A stretch of 64,000 nt of DNA from Dipteris shenzhenensis. Its lineage: Eukaryota. The stretch is from the NCBI GenBank assembly GCA_047967505.1, contig CM106538.1. One strand, 5' to 3'. Of the stretch, positions 26,448 through 41,400 are shown in pieces (within the stretch, counting starts at the first letter, position 1; the number at the start of each line of letters is the position of its first letter). The translations under genes were made by a program, and so were the position numbers. The notes beneath the pieces are model-generated. The model searched no databases. It had not been told where the DNA came from and saw only the letters and a program-made list of their open reading frames with translations.

Positions 26448-29400
26448 ACTTTATATAGTGAAAGCCATATTTATTTACATTACAAAAAGACTGTCCCCAA
26501 AGCGGAGATTAGCCGATACAAAATCAAAAAATCTTAGTATAGGACAAGTAGAGGGCATATTGTATCTAGTGAATGGACAAACAGTCATAGAATGATTTCT
26601 TGAGTGACATCCGACAAAAGAAGAACATGGAAGTAGTGGGCTCATGAAAGACAGTTTGATTCCTATCTTTCCATATAGTTCAGAGTGCCCAATATCTAAC
26701 CCATATCAAAGTTTGGTGGTTGCGGGTGAATTCCAAAGAGCTAGAAAAGCTTTCCAAATGTAGCAAAAGGAAAGTGTGCCTGAAGACGCTACTGAAGTAG
26801 CAAGAAAAATTCCCGAGTGATGGGGCAAGTCAAGAAAAGATGAAGCATAGATTCCCTAGGAGCCAAGCATTTGGGGCATAACGCAAGAGCAATGTGTCGA
26901 TGAGCTAGGAGTTGGCCAAAGGGAATGACACCAAGCATCACTTGCCATAAAAAAACCTGTTGGCAAAGAGGCAGTTTGCAAGACCAAATTTGATGCAATC
27001 TTTTACGCAACCATTTGGCAGTACGATTAAAAGACCATTATTGGTTGGCATGCTGCATGATCCAATGAGGAGGCGTAGAATCTTGTATAAACTAGCCATT
27101 GAAATATCAACTAGGCGCAAAGGGCGCATAGAAGAACCGTAGCGATGCAAAGACCAATCAGTAATCCGATCTGTGAGCTCCAATCTAGGTGCTGGCAGGA
27201 AAGAAAAAAGCATTTGAGAGAGGGAATGCCAAAGTGGTTTGTAATGCATCCCTCATGGTTGTAAGACACGTTAAGACACGACATGTCAGACACGCTTCAG
27301 AGATGAGTGTCTCAAGAGTCTTAAAGATAAGACACGTAAGACACGTCATTGTAATAATAAATATTTAATTAATATATGTATAAGTATACAAGCGTGCAAC
27401 TTGCTAGCATAGCTAGCTGCTAGATTCTATAAGTACAATAAGCTGCACTTAAACAATGCAAGAAGTAACAATGCACTTGTACAAGGTACTCAAGACTTAA
27501 AAGATTATATATCAATCTGTCAATCACATGTGACATGAATGAAATATGCATCTCGATACATATAATTGAAAGGAAACTTCCAACTCTCAAGAGTCAAATC
27601 TTTGAAGATTCATCCTAATTTGAATATGCAAGGTCACTCCCTCTGCTGGATCCGAAGTCACCATCAATGATAGCATGGTTAAGTCAAACTCGATGTTTGT
27701 TGCTACACCTCACCCACCCAAAAAAAACAAGAGTGTCTTAAGGTGTCTTAAGGTAAGACACGTGTCTTGAGTGTCTTAAGTATCTTATCATAAGACCCAA
27801 GTGGCTTAACAACCATGGCATCCCTAATCCATACTGTTTGGTGGCCAATGGAAAAGGCAATAAAGTACCATCATCACGAAGGACATCACCAACATGTGAA
27901 ATACCTTTAGAAGAGAGGAAATAGGAACACCTAGGTTCCTGTAAAGCAAGCAGCGGATGAAATACTTTCGACCAATGCAAGTTTTCGGCTCTTAAAGAAT
28001 TGCCTTGCAAAGAGTCGCGCCCAGTGCATTTAAGATGAGATAAAGTCTCCTTCCAAGCTAAGAGCATTTGAGAAACAAAAGGACAACCCTTAATCCTGCC
28101 ATCAAGGTGCCCGAGAATAAAGTCCCATGAAGTGGGATGCCAATGCCCAAAAACAGGAGTAGACAACTGCAAAAGCAAATGAGAGATCATGGCTGTCCAA
28201 GGCTGATCACCTTCTAGAAAATGCAGCATCATTTTACCCTTGTGCGCAAGGAGGTGGATGTGAATATTAGGTATGTTCTAGCCACCATGCATCTTAGGCG
28301 AGCACGGATGCTCCATAGAGAGTACTCTGATACTCTTACGACCACGCTTTGAGCACCAGAAAGTCTCCATAATGATGGACATGAAATCAGAAACATCTTT
28401 CTTTTGAAACATGATCAAGGGCAAAAAGAATTGAATGTAAGCCACCAAAATCGATTGCACAATTAGAAGATGAACATGGAGAGGCCATGTGGCTAATTTC
28501 CTGTACTCTAGTTTCTTTGAGTTTTGCAAGCACCCAATCTATTTGCTGCTGACGAGTGATATTCCATCCCAAAGGATATTCAAAATGACGAACAAGCTGA
28601 TTGGATGGAACAATCTCATCTGGCCACAATGAGCTATGCCAATCCTTGGCATGCAAGGGCAAAAGCTTAGAATTTTGGAACTTCACCTTAGACCAGCAGC
28701 TAAACTATATAAAGATAAAGCATTCATGAGCTGAGCAATATCATTTTTTGTGTTCTTAGGAGTAAAGAAAGAGTCATCAGCATAAGCTTGCCCAAGCATG
28801 GTCTTGCTGCCCTGAATCTGCAGGCCATGCAAAACATCTGTGTCAACAAGGTGATCAATATAACAGAGCATCGGAAGTGTAGCAATCGCATAAAGCAAAG
28901 CACTAAGTGGACATCCCTGTCTCACAGACCGAAACAAAGTCCATTGATCAGAGACATCTCCCAATAAGATACATGCCACTTTGCTATCACTGTACAACCA
29001 GTAAATAAGATTTTGCATTCGATGCCCAAAACCCAGAGCTTGCATAGTCTGGGAGATGAAATCCCACTGCACTGTATCAAAGGCTTTGGCAATATCCACT
29101 TGGAGAAAAAGCACATCCTGCTGAGTATGCTTGGCATATTCCAACATAAGCATTTGCAATGTTATCAGTGATGTGTCGGCGAGGAATAAAGCCATATTGA
29201 TTAGGATACAAGCCATCATGCAGGTGACCTTTTATTATGTCAACTACTATTTTGGCAATGATCTTATAGATAACCGGCATGAGTGTGATAGGCCTCCAAT
29301 CAGCAAACGATTCACAAAGATGCTTCTTTGGAATTAATTTAACCAGCCCTTTCTTCCAGGCATCTGGCATTTGCTGATTTTGCCATGCAATATTAATCAT

Positions 29401-32400
29401 ATGTAGCAAAACATCCTTCAAAGGATCCCAATAGGCCAGGAAAAACTCCACCATAAGGCCATCCCAACCCGGATCAATAATTGGAGAAACATGCTGTAGC
29501 AAATGACTTCTAGCGCGCGCACACACACACACACACCCCGAGGAGGAAGGGAGGAAGAGGAGGCTAGAGAGAGGCAGTAAGGAGGAGAAAGAAGAATGTC
29601 GCGAACTCAATTTCTGCTAAATCACTTTTTGATTTTGATTTATATATTTGCTGAATTTCTATTGATTTTTGGGATTTTGATATTATTATGAAAGCTGCAG
29701 GCTTCCATCTTGAGATGTTCTCTTGTGATTTGAATGATTCAGACTCTAGTTTATTCTGGAGACTTTACGATTTTGTTTTTGACACAAATGTATTGTTGAG
29801 CCAGTTTGGGTTAAACTATTGTCAATTTCCTGGCCAGTTTTTTACCAGTCTGTTAGAAGTGCGAACAGTCCTTCCTTCTAGGAATAGTATTGTATCCTCC
29901 ATAAGAAACAAAAATCTCAGATAAGTTGGGGCTGCTCATGATCATATTTCTTCAACTGCCTTCATTTTAGAGCAAGTTTGTTCTAAATGTCCCTGGATAT
30001 ATATATTTCCAGTTTTGAAAGTATAAGCTTAAAGAATACAAGTTTACACAGATCTTACACTACCTTACCCAGTGTGAAGGAAGAACGGGAGCTGATTAAA
30101 TGTTTCAGCAGCTGATGAACCATATGTTTTCTACACTTTGCCTGCGTCCACCATACAGAAGTGGCACACACATATGGCGCACACATGATGTGAAAAGTCT
30201 GAATTCAGCTGATGGCAATTTGTACTTCCAATTACTAAGGTAGTGAATGGCCTGCATATTTTTTACACCTTGCTATTATTTACCATACGCAAGCAAGTTG
30301 TGTTACAGAAAACGTTATAAAGATGCTGCTTGAACCCATGTCTTTTTGGGTTTGGTCTTTCTGTTCATTAAGAGAATCTTAAATGTTAGTTTGTCCTGCT
30401 AGGAAAGTTTCACATACATGATGGGTGAAGTATGCAGCTATTACATAGCCTCTGGTGGTCACTTTTTGATGGATATACAAGCCCATCCCCTTCATCTATA
30501 TAAGGAGTATAATTTATATATTCTTTTAAACCTATGTTGGCAGAAGCACCACCTGGTTCTCTGAAAGTCACTACATCATTGGAGGACGTCAAGGTGCTTG
30601 ACTTGGAAGGGAACTCCATTCTTGTGACAGATCTATGGAAGGATCGCAGGGTGGTTGTGGGATTTACTCGTCACTTTGGGTATTGTCTAGAAACAAAGTT
30701 TGGGCAAACTTTATTGATATAGCTTTAGAAAAATTTATCAGACTTTTGATCATTTTCCATTTAGGTGCATACTATGTAGGAAGCGAGCTGACCTTCTCGC
30801 CTCTCGCAAGGTATCTAAAATTCTATCTTTATGCTGCATGTGTCGAACCCATAGCTTGTGTAATCTGGGCTTTGGTGATCATGGCATACCTGACGTGGAA
30901 ATTGGTACCATGCTGAACTAGCCATAATTTAACTCTGCAGGCTGACATGGAGGCGGCAAATGCATCACTGATAGTTATAGGACCTGGAAGTGTGGAACAG
31001 GTACATAATGGGATTTAATAACAGCAAAGATTTGGATCTTTTTTGAAGCCCTTCCTTTCTATGGTTTGTCTCAATTCCCATTTGTAACCCTTAGTTTTTG
31101 TTTTCCCAGTGCTTGGTTTTGGTAACATCTGTTTGTTTGACTAGTGCCTTTTCTGTAAATGACATAGAGAAGATCTTAGGATATGTAAAAGGACTGCTGG
31201 AAAGTAATCATAAGAAGGCAGCAGACCACGTCAATCAGAGAACGCGTCTCCTACTCACTCTTGCTGCCCCCCCTAGCTCCGCCTCCCCCTCCGCGCCTTC
31301 GCTCCATGCCTCCCCTCTGCCCTTTCTTCTCCACCTTGGCTTACCCCTTCGCCTGGCTCGGTGCCCAGCCCGTCGTGTGCACGTTTGTGCAGCTTGCATT
31401 GGCCGTCTCAGTGCTCACCCCCGTCCTGGATATTCGTGCTGCTCGCCCAGCCCACGTAGACCTCCATGTCCCGTGTGTCGCGTGCAGGCCAGCCAGTACT
31501 AGGCAGCGCCGTGGAGGAGCCATGAGCTCCCCTCCTACACTCGGCAGCCCAAGTCGCTAGGAAAGGGTGGCTCTCAGCTGTCCGTACTCTTGCAAGGAAA
31601 GCCGCGGCCCTCGTGAGTCCATTCAGCATTGTGGCAGCCCCGAGAGAGGCTCCTGGCCTCCGGAAAACCTCACAAATCGACTTCGTACAGAGAGAGCGTG
31701 CCTTAGGTTCTTTTCAGCTTCAAGTGGCGGAAGATCGGCTGACGTGCACTTCAAGATCCTGGGAAGCGGTTCGCCCAGAATTTTTCCTTTTGGACTGCAC
31801 TTGCAGCCCGTTCAGCTTGCATCTCTCTGGTTTTCCTTCCTTTCCTCTTCGTGGCAGTAGAGTGTTAGTGGTTTTTTTTTGGGGAGCATTGCCTTGACGG
31901 TGACCCCTTGTAGCCAAAGGAGCTCTCATGGCAGCATCCTGGACTCCCAAAGCTGTTAAGATTTGCCTCTCCCCCTCAGACAAGCAATAGGTTAAGCACG
32001 TAGTTCCATCTCTTTAGGACAGAGCAGTGGTAGGATGGAGTGTTGGTTTGACACCCTCAGGGAGGCAGATTCGGGAGTGGCTTCAAGCAAGCTTAGCTCT
32101 AGAGGCCAACCACATCTAGGAAGTCACTATCTATGGGAGGGGTGTATTTCTCCTTTAGCTGAGCTCTCAAGCCACCTCACAGACCCTTGTGGAGCATAGT
32201 TCGATCTTCTTGGGTCCACACTTGGTTACCTTATCCCTTGGTATCACGGCTTCACGGTGGAGGATATGGATACGACACATCATGTCCCTTGATTCCTGGT
32301 GATGCTTTGCTTCCCGGGGCTCCCAAGGGAGTACAGGTTTGTCCTTCTAAGTTTTGGGAATGGGCTAATCCCCTTGGGTGCCCCCCCCTTGTGTGGTTTG

Positions 32401-35400
32401 TATGGTTTGTGATTAATGAAAAAAGGGGAGCTCTTGGCTCATTTGACATGTGGGGGACTTTAGTCCGATAATCAATTGTGGGCTTGTGTAGCCCTTGGAT
32501 ATAAAAAGACTGTTTGAACCCCTCTCTCTCATCCCTCTCGGGACTTTTTGGGGGGAGAGAGAGCATTGTGTGGCTATGGGGGACGGGGAGTGGGACCCCC
32601 ACATCCAACGTGCCCTGTGGTTACACGTGGCAGCGACTGCAAACTCCAACAAGGTATCAGAGACTGAATGGCGGCGGATTGTGCATTTCGGCGGCTCCTG
32701 CGCGCGTGACGCGTGGCAGGCAATCTTTGATCCTGACTGTCTGTCAGACTTTGACTGTTGTGAAGTGTCACGATTCATAGAAGATGACTTAAGTGTGACT
32801 ATTTGTTGGCAACGGCTTGCTCTGCATTGGCGGCTAGCTGTCCTCGTTTGGGATGGCGTGGACTTTGAGTCACGAGGCGTCTTGGCTTTGTTGCCGTGTG
32901 CGTTTGTCACATCACCTTTGCGTTGTTGGGACCGGCCTTTGATTTGGTCTAGTTCACCTTTCAAGGTGCTTAGCCCGCGGAGGGTGTTGGGAATGGGCTA
33001 GCCCCCGTGGGTGCCCCCCCCTTGTGTGGTTTGTATGGTTTGTGGTTGTTGAAAAAAAGGGGGCTTTTGGCACATTTGACATGTGGAATTGGGGGACTTT
33101 AGTCCCATAATCAATTGTGGGATTGTGTAGCCCTTGGATATAAAAAGATTGTTTGAACCCCTCTCTCTCATCCCTCCCGGGACTTTTTTAGGGGGGAGAG
33201 AGCATTGTGTGGCTATGGGACTGGGAGTGGGACGGGTCCTCGCACCCGACACACCTCATGGTTACACGTGGCAGCAACTGCAGACTCCAACACCAAGGGG
33301 GGGCTTTTGGCATAGTGTTGGAGTCCCCACCGGTTGCATCATCTTCAGTAGTAGTAGATGATGGGGTTCCGAGGCTTAGGCTTGTCGTGGAGAACTCGGA
33401 GTCCCTCTCGGATATGATTCTCCTCAAGACCCTGGATAGGGGAACACTTCGGTAGAGGTTGGAGATCTTTGGGCTTCCTGGACAGTGCTTACGTTGCAGA
33501 CAACTGGGGCACCTAGCCCGAGACTGTCCCAAAGGACAGACATGGCCTTCTCCCCCTCCCCCATAGGTTCAACAGAGTCAGTAGAGAGAGACTTACGAGG
33601 AGAGGGCTCAACGTTCCCCCCGACAGTAGCAACATGAGTCACAGACACCTTGGGTGACACCCTTAGAGGGAAAGTGGATCCTGGGAAAGGGGAAAAGAAG
33701 TTGAGTAAAAGGACCCAGAAGAATCTGTGACGGCGAGCCAGACGCAGGGCGTGGGAGTGGTTGGAGTGAGAGCCAGCCTCCTCCCCTTCAGGAGGAGCAG
33801 TCCACGGACTCACCTTTAGGTCGTACCCCCCGCAGGCAGAGAGGGTTCCCACTTCTGCAGTGGATCCCTCGAGCGTAGTGCACTTGGGCAGGCAGTCTCC
33901 ATCGTAGCAATACGTACCGGATGTGTTGATGACAGAGGCTCTCCCAGAGGGATGCTCTCAGGAGATCGAGGTGACGCGGTAGCACTACTAGGCTTCGACG
34001 TAGCAGCAGGGACACCCCCTCTTCTTCAGTGGAGCTTCCCTCCTCCTCCCCCTTCTCGTCACCCTCTGGATCCCCCCTCTACTCCCCCCCCCCCCCCTCT
34101 TGCCCCCTTGGAGGTTATCACTCTTGTCACCTGCCCCCCCCTCCTCCCCCCTCCGCTCCACCCCTTTCAGCAGAGCCATCTTCTCCCTCCTCCGAGCCCC
34201 TCTTGCCCCTCAGCCCTCGAGCAAGGGCAAGGGCAAGGCACCGGCCTCTAACTCAGCCCCTCTCCTCTCTCAGAGCAACAAGATGGAGCCTCTCCTCAAA
34301 GGACCTTTACCTCATGGCAGGAATCAAGGAGTAGCATATCCTCTTCGTAGGCTCCAGACCTGAAGCTTCGATATGGACTTACCCTACCGAGGGAGTTCTG
34401 GCGTTTGGGGATGTGGAACTAACTTGCTATTCCAAACTCCTATCCCATGTCTCTCGAGATGACAGTTCTGATTTTGTAGCCCCGTAAAGGGGGATCATTC
34501 GGTGTGGTCGGAGCCCACACCCATCTTTTCTAGGGCATAGAGTTTACCTCCACAGGAGAGGAGAAATGGATGCCGGAGATGTTTGATGACATGATAGAGG
34601 ACGAGTGTCTCGTATGATGGATGAGTGTGGGGCCAAATGGGCTGGACTTGTGGCTCACCTATGGCTTGTCGGATTTCTTCCATCTTGGTTTCAGTCTAGA
34701 GAGATCAGGCTCAGGGCTGACAGTAGGAGTGATACGGCTGCCACCTGGAGTGAAGATTCATTCGACTCAACAGCATTGGACACTACAACAGTGTGCAGAG
34801 ACGTTTGGGACATACTTTCCCTTCATGACGTAGTGGGCGCAAAAGGTGGGTGTTGAGCCGGTTGCTACTCTGGTTCGTAGGTGCATGGACATAGACTACT
34901 CTCCACCAACAGAATCACAGAAGTCTCGTTTTCTAGAACAAGCCCCACTCATAGGCGAGCTTTGTTCTCTTTGACATATTCCTGAGCGGGGCAGTGGTGA
35001 GTTGGAACGTGCATGGACTTCATGATCGTGCATCTAGTTAGTCTCGGTACTTGATTCTTTGCCAGGATTTGCAAAGAGCAGTGGTAGAAAGGTCAGTTGA
35101 CCTCCTCCTGACCCAAGAACATATGTTCACAGCAGTTGGATATCGGACATCGTCATCACCTCCTCTTGGGAAGAAGGCCCGCGATCTGGTCCCCAGCGGT
35201 TGGTAGGAGCAGAGGGGTTTGTATCTCAGCCTCGCAGGCAGTGGCTTTCGAGATTTTTAATTAGGGTGAGCTTATAGCAGGTAGGGCAGTGTGGATGGGC
35301 CTTCACGTGGGAGGCCTTAGGATAGGGATCTAGAACGTCGATGCACCAGCATGCAGACTGCACCGGGCAACCTTTTGGAGACGTCTAACAGAGTGCCTCC

Positions 35401-38400
35401 CAGATGTGGGCTCGTGGATTGTTGGAGGCGATTTCAACAATCTTGAGTTTGTAGAGGATAAGTAGGGGGGACCTCTTTCTTGGAGATGCTGGCAGCAGAG
35501 AGGAGCATCTTGGAGCAGTTTGTTTTTGCGATCAGCGGCAGGGACCCCTAGTGGGAGGCAGAGTTTATTAGGATTCTAGGCAGCCTCCACTTCTCCTTTG
35601 GGCAGAGGACATGCAACGGATTACGCGAGCATTGGACTGGTTCCATGTTGGGGACTGGGCTCTGCACAGAGGGGGATCCATTGGCATCTTAGCAAGTACC
35701 ATGATGTCGGATCGTTCTCCGATTATATTTCACCTTGAGCAGTCCCGCTCGGATCTTCCCCAGAAGGGGATCCGTATTCTAGACAGCTTGCTTCAGGAGG
35801 CAGAGGTCCAGCACTCCATAGCAGCAGTATGGTAGCAGCCGGAGGGAGGACCTTCAGCGGCTTGGGCAGCGTGGGTAGTAGAGGGGATCTAGAGGAGTAG
35901 TGCAAAGCTTAAGTGCACTCAGGAGGAGACTTGCCCTGCAGGAGAGGGAGAGAACTCTGAGAAGGGATCTGGCCTCCGAAGAGCGCCTCAGAGAGGAGAA
36001 GACTGATCTCAGTGGCTCAACGAGAGAGATGAGTCTGTGAGGCTGATATGGAGGTGCGTAGGGCCGAGTTCTCGTATCACTCTTCCCAGCAGGGTGATAG
36101 GATGACTCAACAGTTTTCCAGCTTAACGGGCCACCCTCAACAAGGACGCAGCTGCAGCGACTGAGAGATGCAAAGGGACAGATGCATCCAGACCCCCAAT
36201 AGATTTTGGAGATGACCACGGAGTTCTACAGGCAGTCGTTTCAGGCCCATGCTTCCCTTGTGGCCAGGGAGGCAGTGTGGGAGGAGGTTCAAGTGGTGGT
36301 CTCTCCGAGCCTGAACAGATGCTTAGAGGCCCCTTTCATAGAGGAGGAGCTCTAGGAGGCCCTCAGGGCCCTTCCTCCTTAGAAGTGCCCGAAAGAGGAT
36401 GGCTTGACTCCGACTTTCTTTTGTTTCTTGTGGGAGCATATCCGCACTCTGCTCCGGTGGGCGTGCCAGGAGAGTTTTGATACAGGTTCTCTCCCACAGT
36501 CCTTGAGTTGGGGTTGGATCTGCTTGCTCCGAAAAGGGGGGGGCAGGTCAGACATTCCACAATGGAGGCCGGTTATCCTATTCGACACCGCATACAAGAT
36601 CTTAGCCAAGGTCTTGAGTTTGTGATTGAGGCCCCACCTTCCAAATATCATTCATCACGACACAAGGATTGGCTTTGTTCAGGAACACAGATCTTGTACA
36701 TTTTTACCTTATTGGAGGCAGTGGATTGGGAAAGAGAGGAGGCTAAGCCTCTCACTGTGTCACGAGGGCGTGAGTTTTAATGCTCGCATGTGGCCTCGAC
36801 CCCGGGAATCAAGTGGCGAGGTCACGGGATGGGGTGTGCAAGCGGGATGGGGTGTGCAAGTTTCCCCCTAGAAAATTGTGCCTTGGGGGCAAATGCAAGC
36901 TCTAGGGCCAAGAGGGGCCCAAAGAACCTGTAAACTACTCGGTGCTTTCTATCAATTCAGACAACAGATTTTGCAGAGGCGTTTAAGAGATTGCAATTAA
37001 GTTGGAATTAAGACTTATACAGCTTAAACACAAAGTGACATCATTGGAAATTGCAATATGATTGAGGGGTCAAGACGGCCCCCCCCCCTTATCCAAGCTC
37101 ACTTTATTCTTGAAAATGGAGATACAAGACCAAGGTGCAATGCACCATCCAAACTGATGAACTCAGTGAAAGCCTAGGACCTAGATACAAGACTCAAGAG
37201 TACAAGGTAGACAACAGAAAGGAGGAATCCAAGCTCAGGTTTCAACTCTTGGCTTACCCAATCCACAAGGAAGAAGCGTGCAACAATCACCACTTACATC
37301 CAACGCTAGAGGCAAGCGCTAGTTTCTAGAAAGATCGTAGAAACAACATGAAATAGTGCTGTAAATGATATAAACTTGACAATACAGACTTCTTTCTTGA
37401 CTTGACCCTTTTGTAGATGAAGTCCTTGATGCCTCTGAAGCTCCCTTAGGTGAGGAGAGTGTGGAAATGGGGCTGGAATGAGAACAGCTCAGAAAAACAG
37501 CCTGTAGGCTAGAGAGAGAAAGCCTCTACTGAGTGATAGCTGTAGAGAGAGAGTGCCAATGCTGATCCCAAGGGAGGGGATGTAAGAGAGGAGCTGCTGC
37601 TGTTCCAGAGGTGCGGAGAGAGGCAGATTTCTGCAAGGGGAAGGGGCTGGAACAGTAGAGAGAGAAATTTTGTAGTAGAGAGAGAAAGACTGCAGGAGAG
37701 AGAAAGGGGCTGTGGCTGCTCCAGGCTAGGAGAAGGAGAGAGGATGCTGCTGCTGTTCGAGAATGCTGAGGTGAGAGAATGGCCTGGGGAGAAGTTGGCT
37801 GCAACCAAGCAGTTGGAGAGGTCAACCAAAAGGAGGGAGAAGAAAAGTGATGAATTTTCTTCATGTAGGGAATGAAGGGGAGAGGCCTTCTTTTATAGGC
37901 TCAGTCCCCCCCCGCAGCCCAGAGTGGAAGGTGGACACTTGTCCCAGATTTTTTGGTGGGCTGCAGTCCCAAAGAGGACAGCCCACAACCTGCCCCAAAT
38001 CTACCAGATTTGGGGCCAGACACTTGGCTTGCATGCCCTGCCACTTGCCATGCATGCTGCCACATGTGGTACAGGTGGAATGACCTGCCAGCTCAGATTC
38101 CATGTGGCAATTTGCCACGTGTCACTCCCAAAAACCCTAAAATTTCAAAGTTGTCAGAATTCAATTATGATCGCACCCACGGGTCCCTAACAGCTTGGAC
38201 TATCTACTGACTTACTCTAAGGTCATATTGAGCCATACTGAGCTCATTTGTTTGCCGTCTTTTCTTGTATCTCCATTACTCTTGGCATGCTGCCAGGCCC
38301 ACACCCAAAGCGCAGGGAACATTCTCTTGAATGGTTCCTAGGTCAGTATGCAATCTGTGCAATTGATTGGTTCCATATTTAGGTACTTAGGTGGGGTGTG

Positions 38401-41400
38401 GTTTCCAGATGTCTCTCTCAAAGAGAGGCCATCACTCTTGTGGGTTACTAATGCCCATAACCCTAAGCAAGGGGATCAACCCTCAAATGCTAGACCTAGT
38501 CCCCATTGACCGTAACTGAACAGTAGGAAAACATTTCATTTCTTAATAAGCATACTATTGAAAAACAAAAAGAATTATTACCAAGCAAGTGGATACATGT
38601 TGTTGAAGCAGGATGACATTCCCTCTGTCTTTCATTCAGTTGTCCTCAACTGAAATGCTTCCTCATAAGCATCCTGGATTTTAGGACACTCCTGAAATGT
38701 AACTCTGTCCATCCATTGGGCATCGGTGGATGGAAGCCCTCTGAACTTCAAAAGGTACATCTTGCGAGTCGTGCCTCGACGTCCCGTAGTGAAGTTATGC
38801 AGAATAATCTGCTCTGGGATCAACAAGATCTCAATGTCCTCTACTTCAGGTGCATCGTCCAGTGTGGGCTCTTGAGGTGGTTCCCCAATGAAGGGTTTCA
38901 CCAAGCTTACGTGGAAGACATCGTGGATCTTCCAATGCTCTGGAAGTCTCAATCGGACTGAGACATCATTTATTACCTGCAACACTTGAAAAGGACCATA
39001 ATATCGAAAGGATAGCTTAAAGTAGATGCGCTTTTTGCCCACTTTGATTTTGAACCGGGCTTTCTCAAATTTCAATAAGACCCATTGGCCTTCTTTCACT
39101 GGTGCAAACACCCTCCGTCTTTTATTTGTAGCTGCTCTTTGTTTCTCCTGTGCCTTTTGAATGGCTGCTCGCGAACCGTGGCATAAGCAGAGTCATAATC
39201 CTCCATGAATTGATCAGCGGCGGCAAATATTTTCTCTTTTGTTTGCATGACTGGAGTTGGTAAAGATCTACCATATAGAATTTTGAAAGGAGCTTTTCCA
39301 ATGGAGGAATGAATTGTGTTATTATAAGCAAACTCCACAAGAAGAAGGAATTTCTCCCAAAAGGTTTGTTGGTCATGCACATAAAATTTGAGCAAATCCA
39401 AGAGTGTACTATTCGTAACTTCAGTTTGGCCATCCGTTTGAGGATGAAAAGATGAGGAGAAACTTAGAAGAGTTCCAAGGTTCTCAAACAAAGCCTGCCA
39501 GAAGTTACTAGTGAACTTTGAGTCTCTATCTGATACTATAGACTTGGGCATGCCGTGGTGCCTAAAGATGTGTCTAATAAATAAATTGGCAGCTTCAGGT
39601 GCCTTGAGATTCTTTCTGCAAGGAATGAAGTGGGCTTGCTTGCTGAATCGATCTACGATCACCCAACTCATGTCATGATTTTGATTGGTCCTGGGAATTC
39701 CTGTAATGAAGTCCATGGTGATGTGTTCCCATGGTCTCTCACGAATGGGTAGGGGCTGAAGTAAACCCTTGGGTTTTCCTCTCTCATACTTAGCTTTTTG
39801 ACATGCGAGACAAGCTGAAATGTAGGCAGCAGTGTCCTTTTTCATGTCAGGCCAGTAGAAAAATTTATCCATGGCTGAAAAAGTGGCCACAATACCCCTG
39901 TGACCAACATAGGGTGTGTTATGGCTTTCCTCCACTTTAGATCTAAGCTGCTTTGTGATACATAGTTTGTTCTCCATGAATAAATAGCCATCCCTGATGT
40001 GGTAGGCATGATGGGTGCCTCCATCTTTCAGATGTGCCCATGGCTGAATTAAATCAGCATCTCCCTCATAGAATTCTTTGAGGGCTGCTAGCTCATCATG
40101 ATAGGGAACTGAAATATGGTGAAGCCGTGGTCTACGAGAAAGGGCATCAGCCACTACATTCTCTTTTCCAGGAGTATATTGTATCTGAAAATGAAATGAT
40201 TGCAGAAAGGTAGACCATTTCATATGTCTCTCTCTGATCAGAGGTTGAGTTAGAAAATATTGAAGACTTTCATGATCAGTTTTTACAAGAAAATCTATTC
40301 CTAAAAGATAGTGTTTCCAAAGTTTAAGAGCATGAATTACAGCTAAGAGTTCTTTTTCATACATATCATATTGAAGTTCAGCATCTCTTAGCCGTTGGCT
40401 TTCAAAGGCCACAACATGACCATCCTGGGTAAGAGAAGCCCCAAGGCAATCGCCACTGGCATCAACTGCTACTAGGAATGGTTTCCTTAAGTCACGAATG
40501 ATAAGTACAGGAGCTATAGTCAGGGCATGCTTTAGAGCATTAAAAGAGTCCTTTTCTTTTTGGGTCCATCTGAACTTCAGATTTTTCTTAGTGAGATCAT
40601 GTAGAGGGGCTACAAGTTCAGCAAAATGCCAAATAAACCTTCGGTAATATGAGCATAGGCCTAGAAAAGACCTTACCTCATGGGCATTCTTCAGGTCCAG
40701 GCCACTCTACAACTGTCTGTATCTTGGTTGGGTCCATACGGACACCTTCTCGTGATATAATGTGACCAAGATAGTGAATCTATGTATAGGCATTTGCGGC
40801 CTTCTATTCGACTAAGAAAACATGAGTGATTGTGACTAAGTGCGAGTTTTATTACCAAGAGGGTTAACTGCGGTTAACCAGAGAACTACAGAGCTGACTA
40901 CGGTCAGAGAGTGTTGACTTCAGTCAACAAGACTTGGCATGCGCCAAGAGGGTTAACCCTGGTTAGCCAAGATGTGCCAACTTCGGTTGGAGAGACTTGG
41001 CTATAATTAAGGCGCCTCGACCCTTGGTCAAAGCTCCTTAATTATAATCAAGAGTGTTGACTCCGGTCAACCAGAGAAAAAATATATATATTTATATTTA
41101 TATATATATATTTGTTTAGATGTGCACATGTGTTTAGTGGGGACGCCCACCGTGACGAGAGTTAGTCCACAGTGGGTGCCATGGTGGTGCGCTTTAATTA
41201 ATTGTTGCAGGTACTAGGAAGAATTATTTTTCCTAAGCGTAACGGGAGCCTGACAAGCATCTAGGAGGCGGTTCGTGTGACCGAGAGCTTTGAAGACTCC
41301 AGAATGGCCCTTAGTGGCATGTAATAGGACTTAGTTTAGATTTTAGACAAGTGGCATGTTGCCAATTTGAATTGAGCTTGAAGCTCTTGTAATAAAGTGG

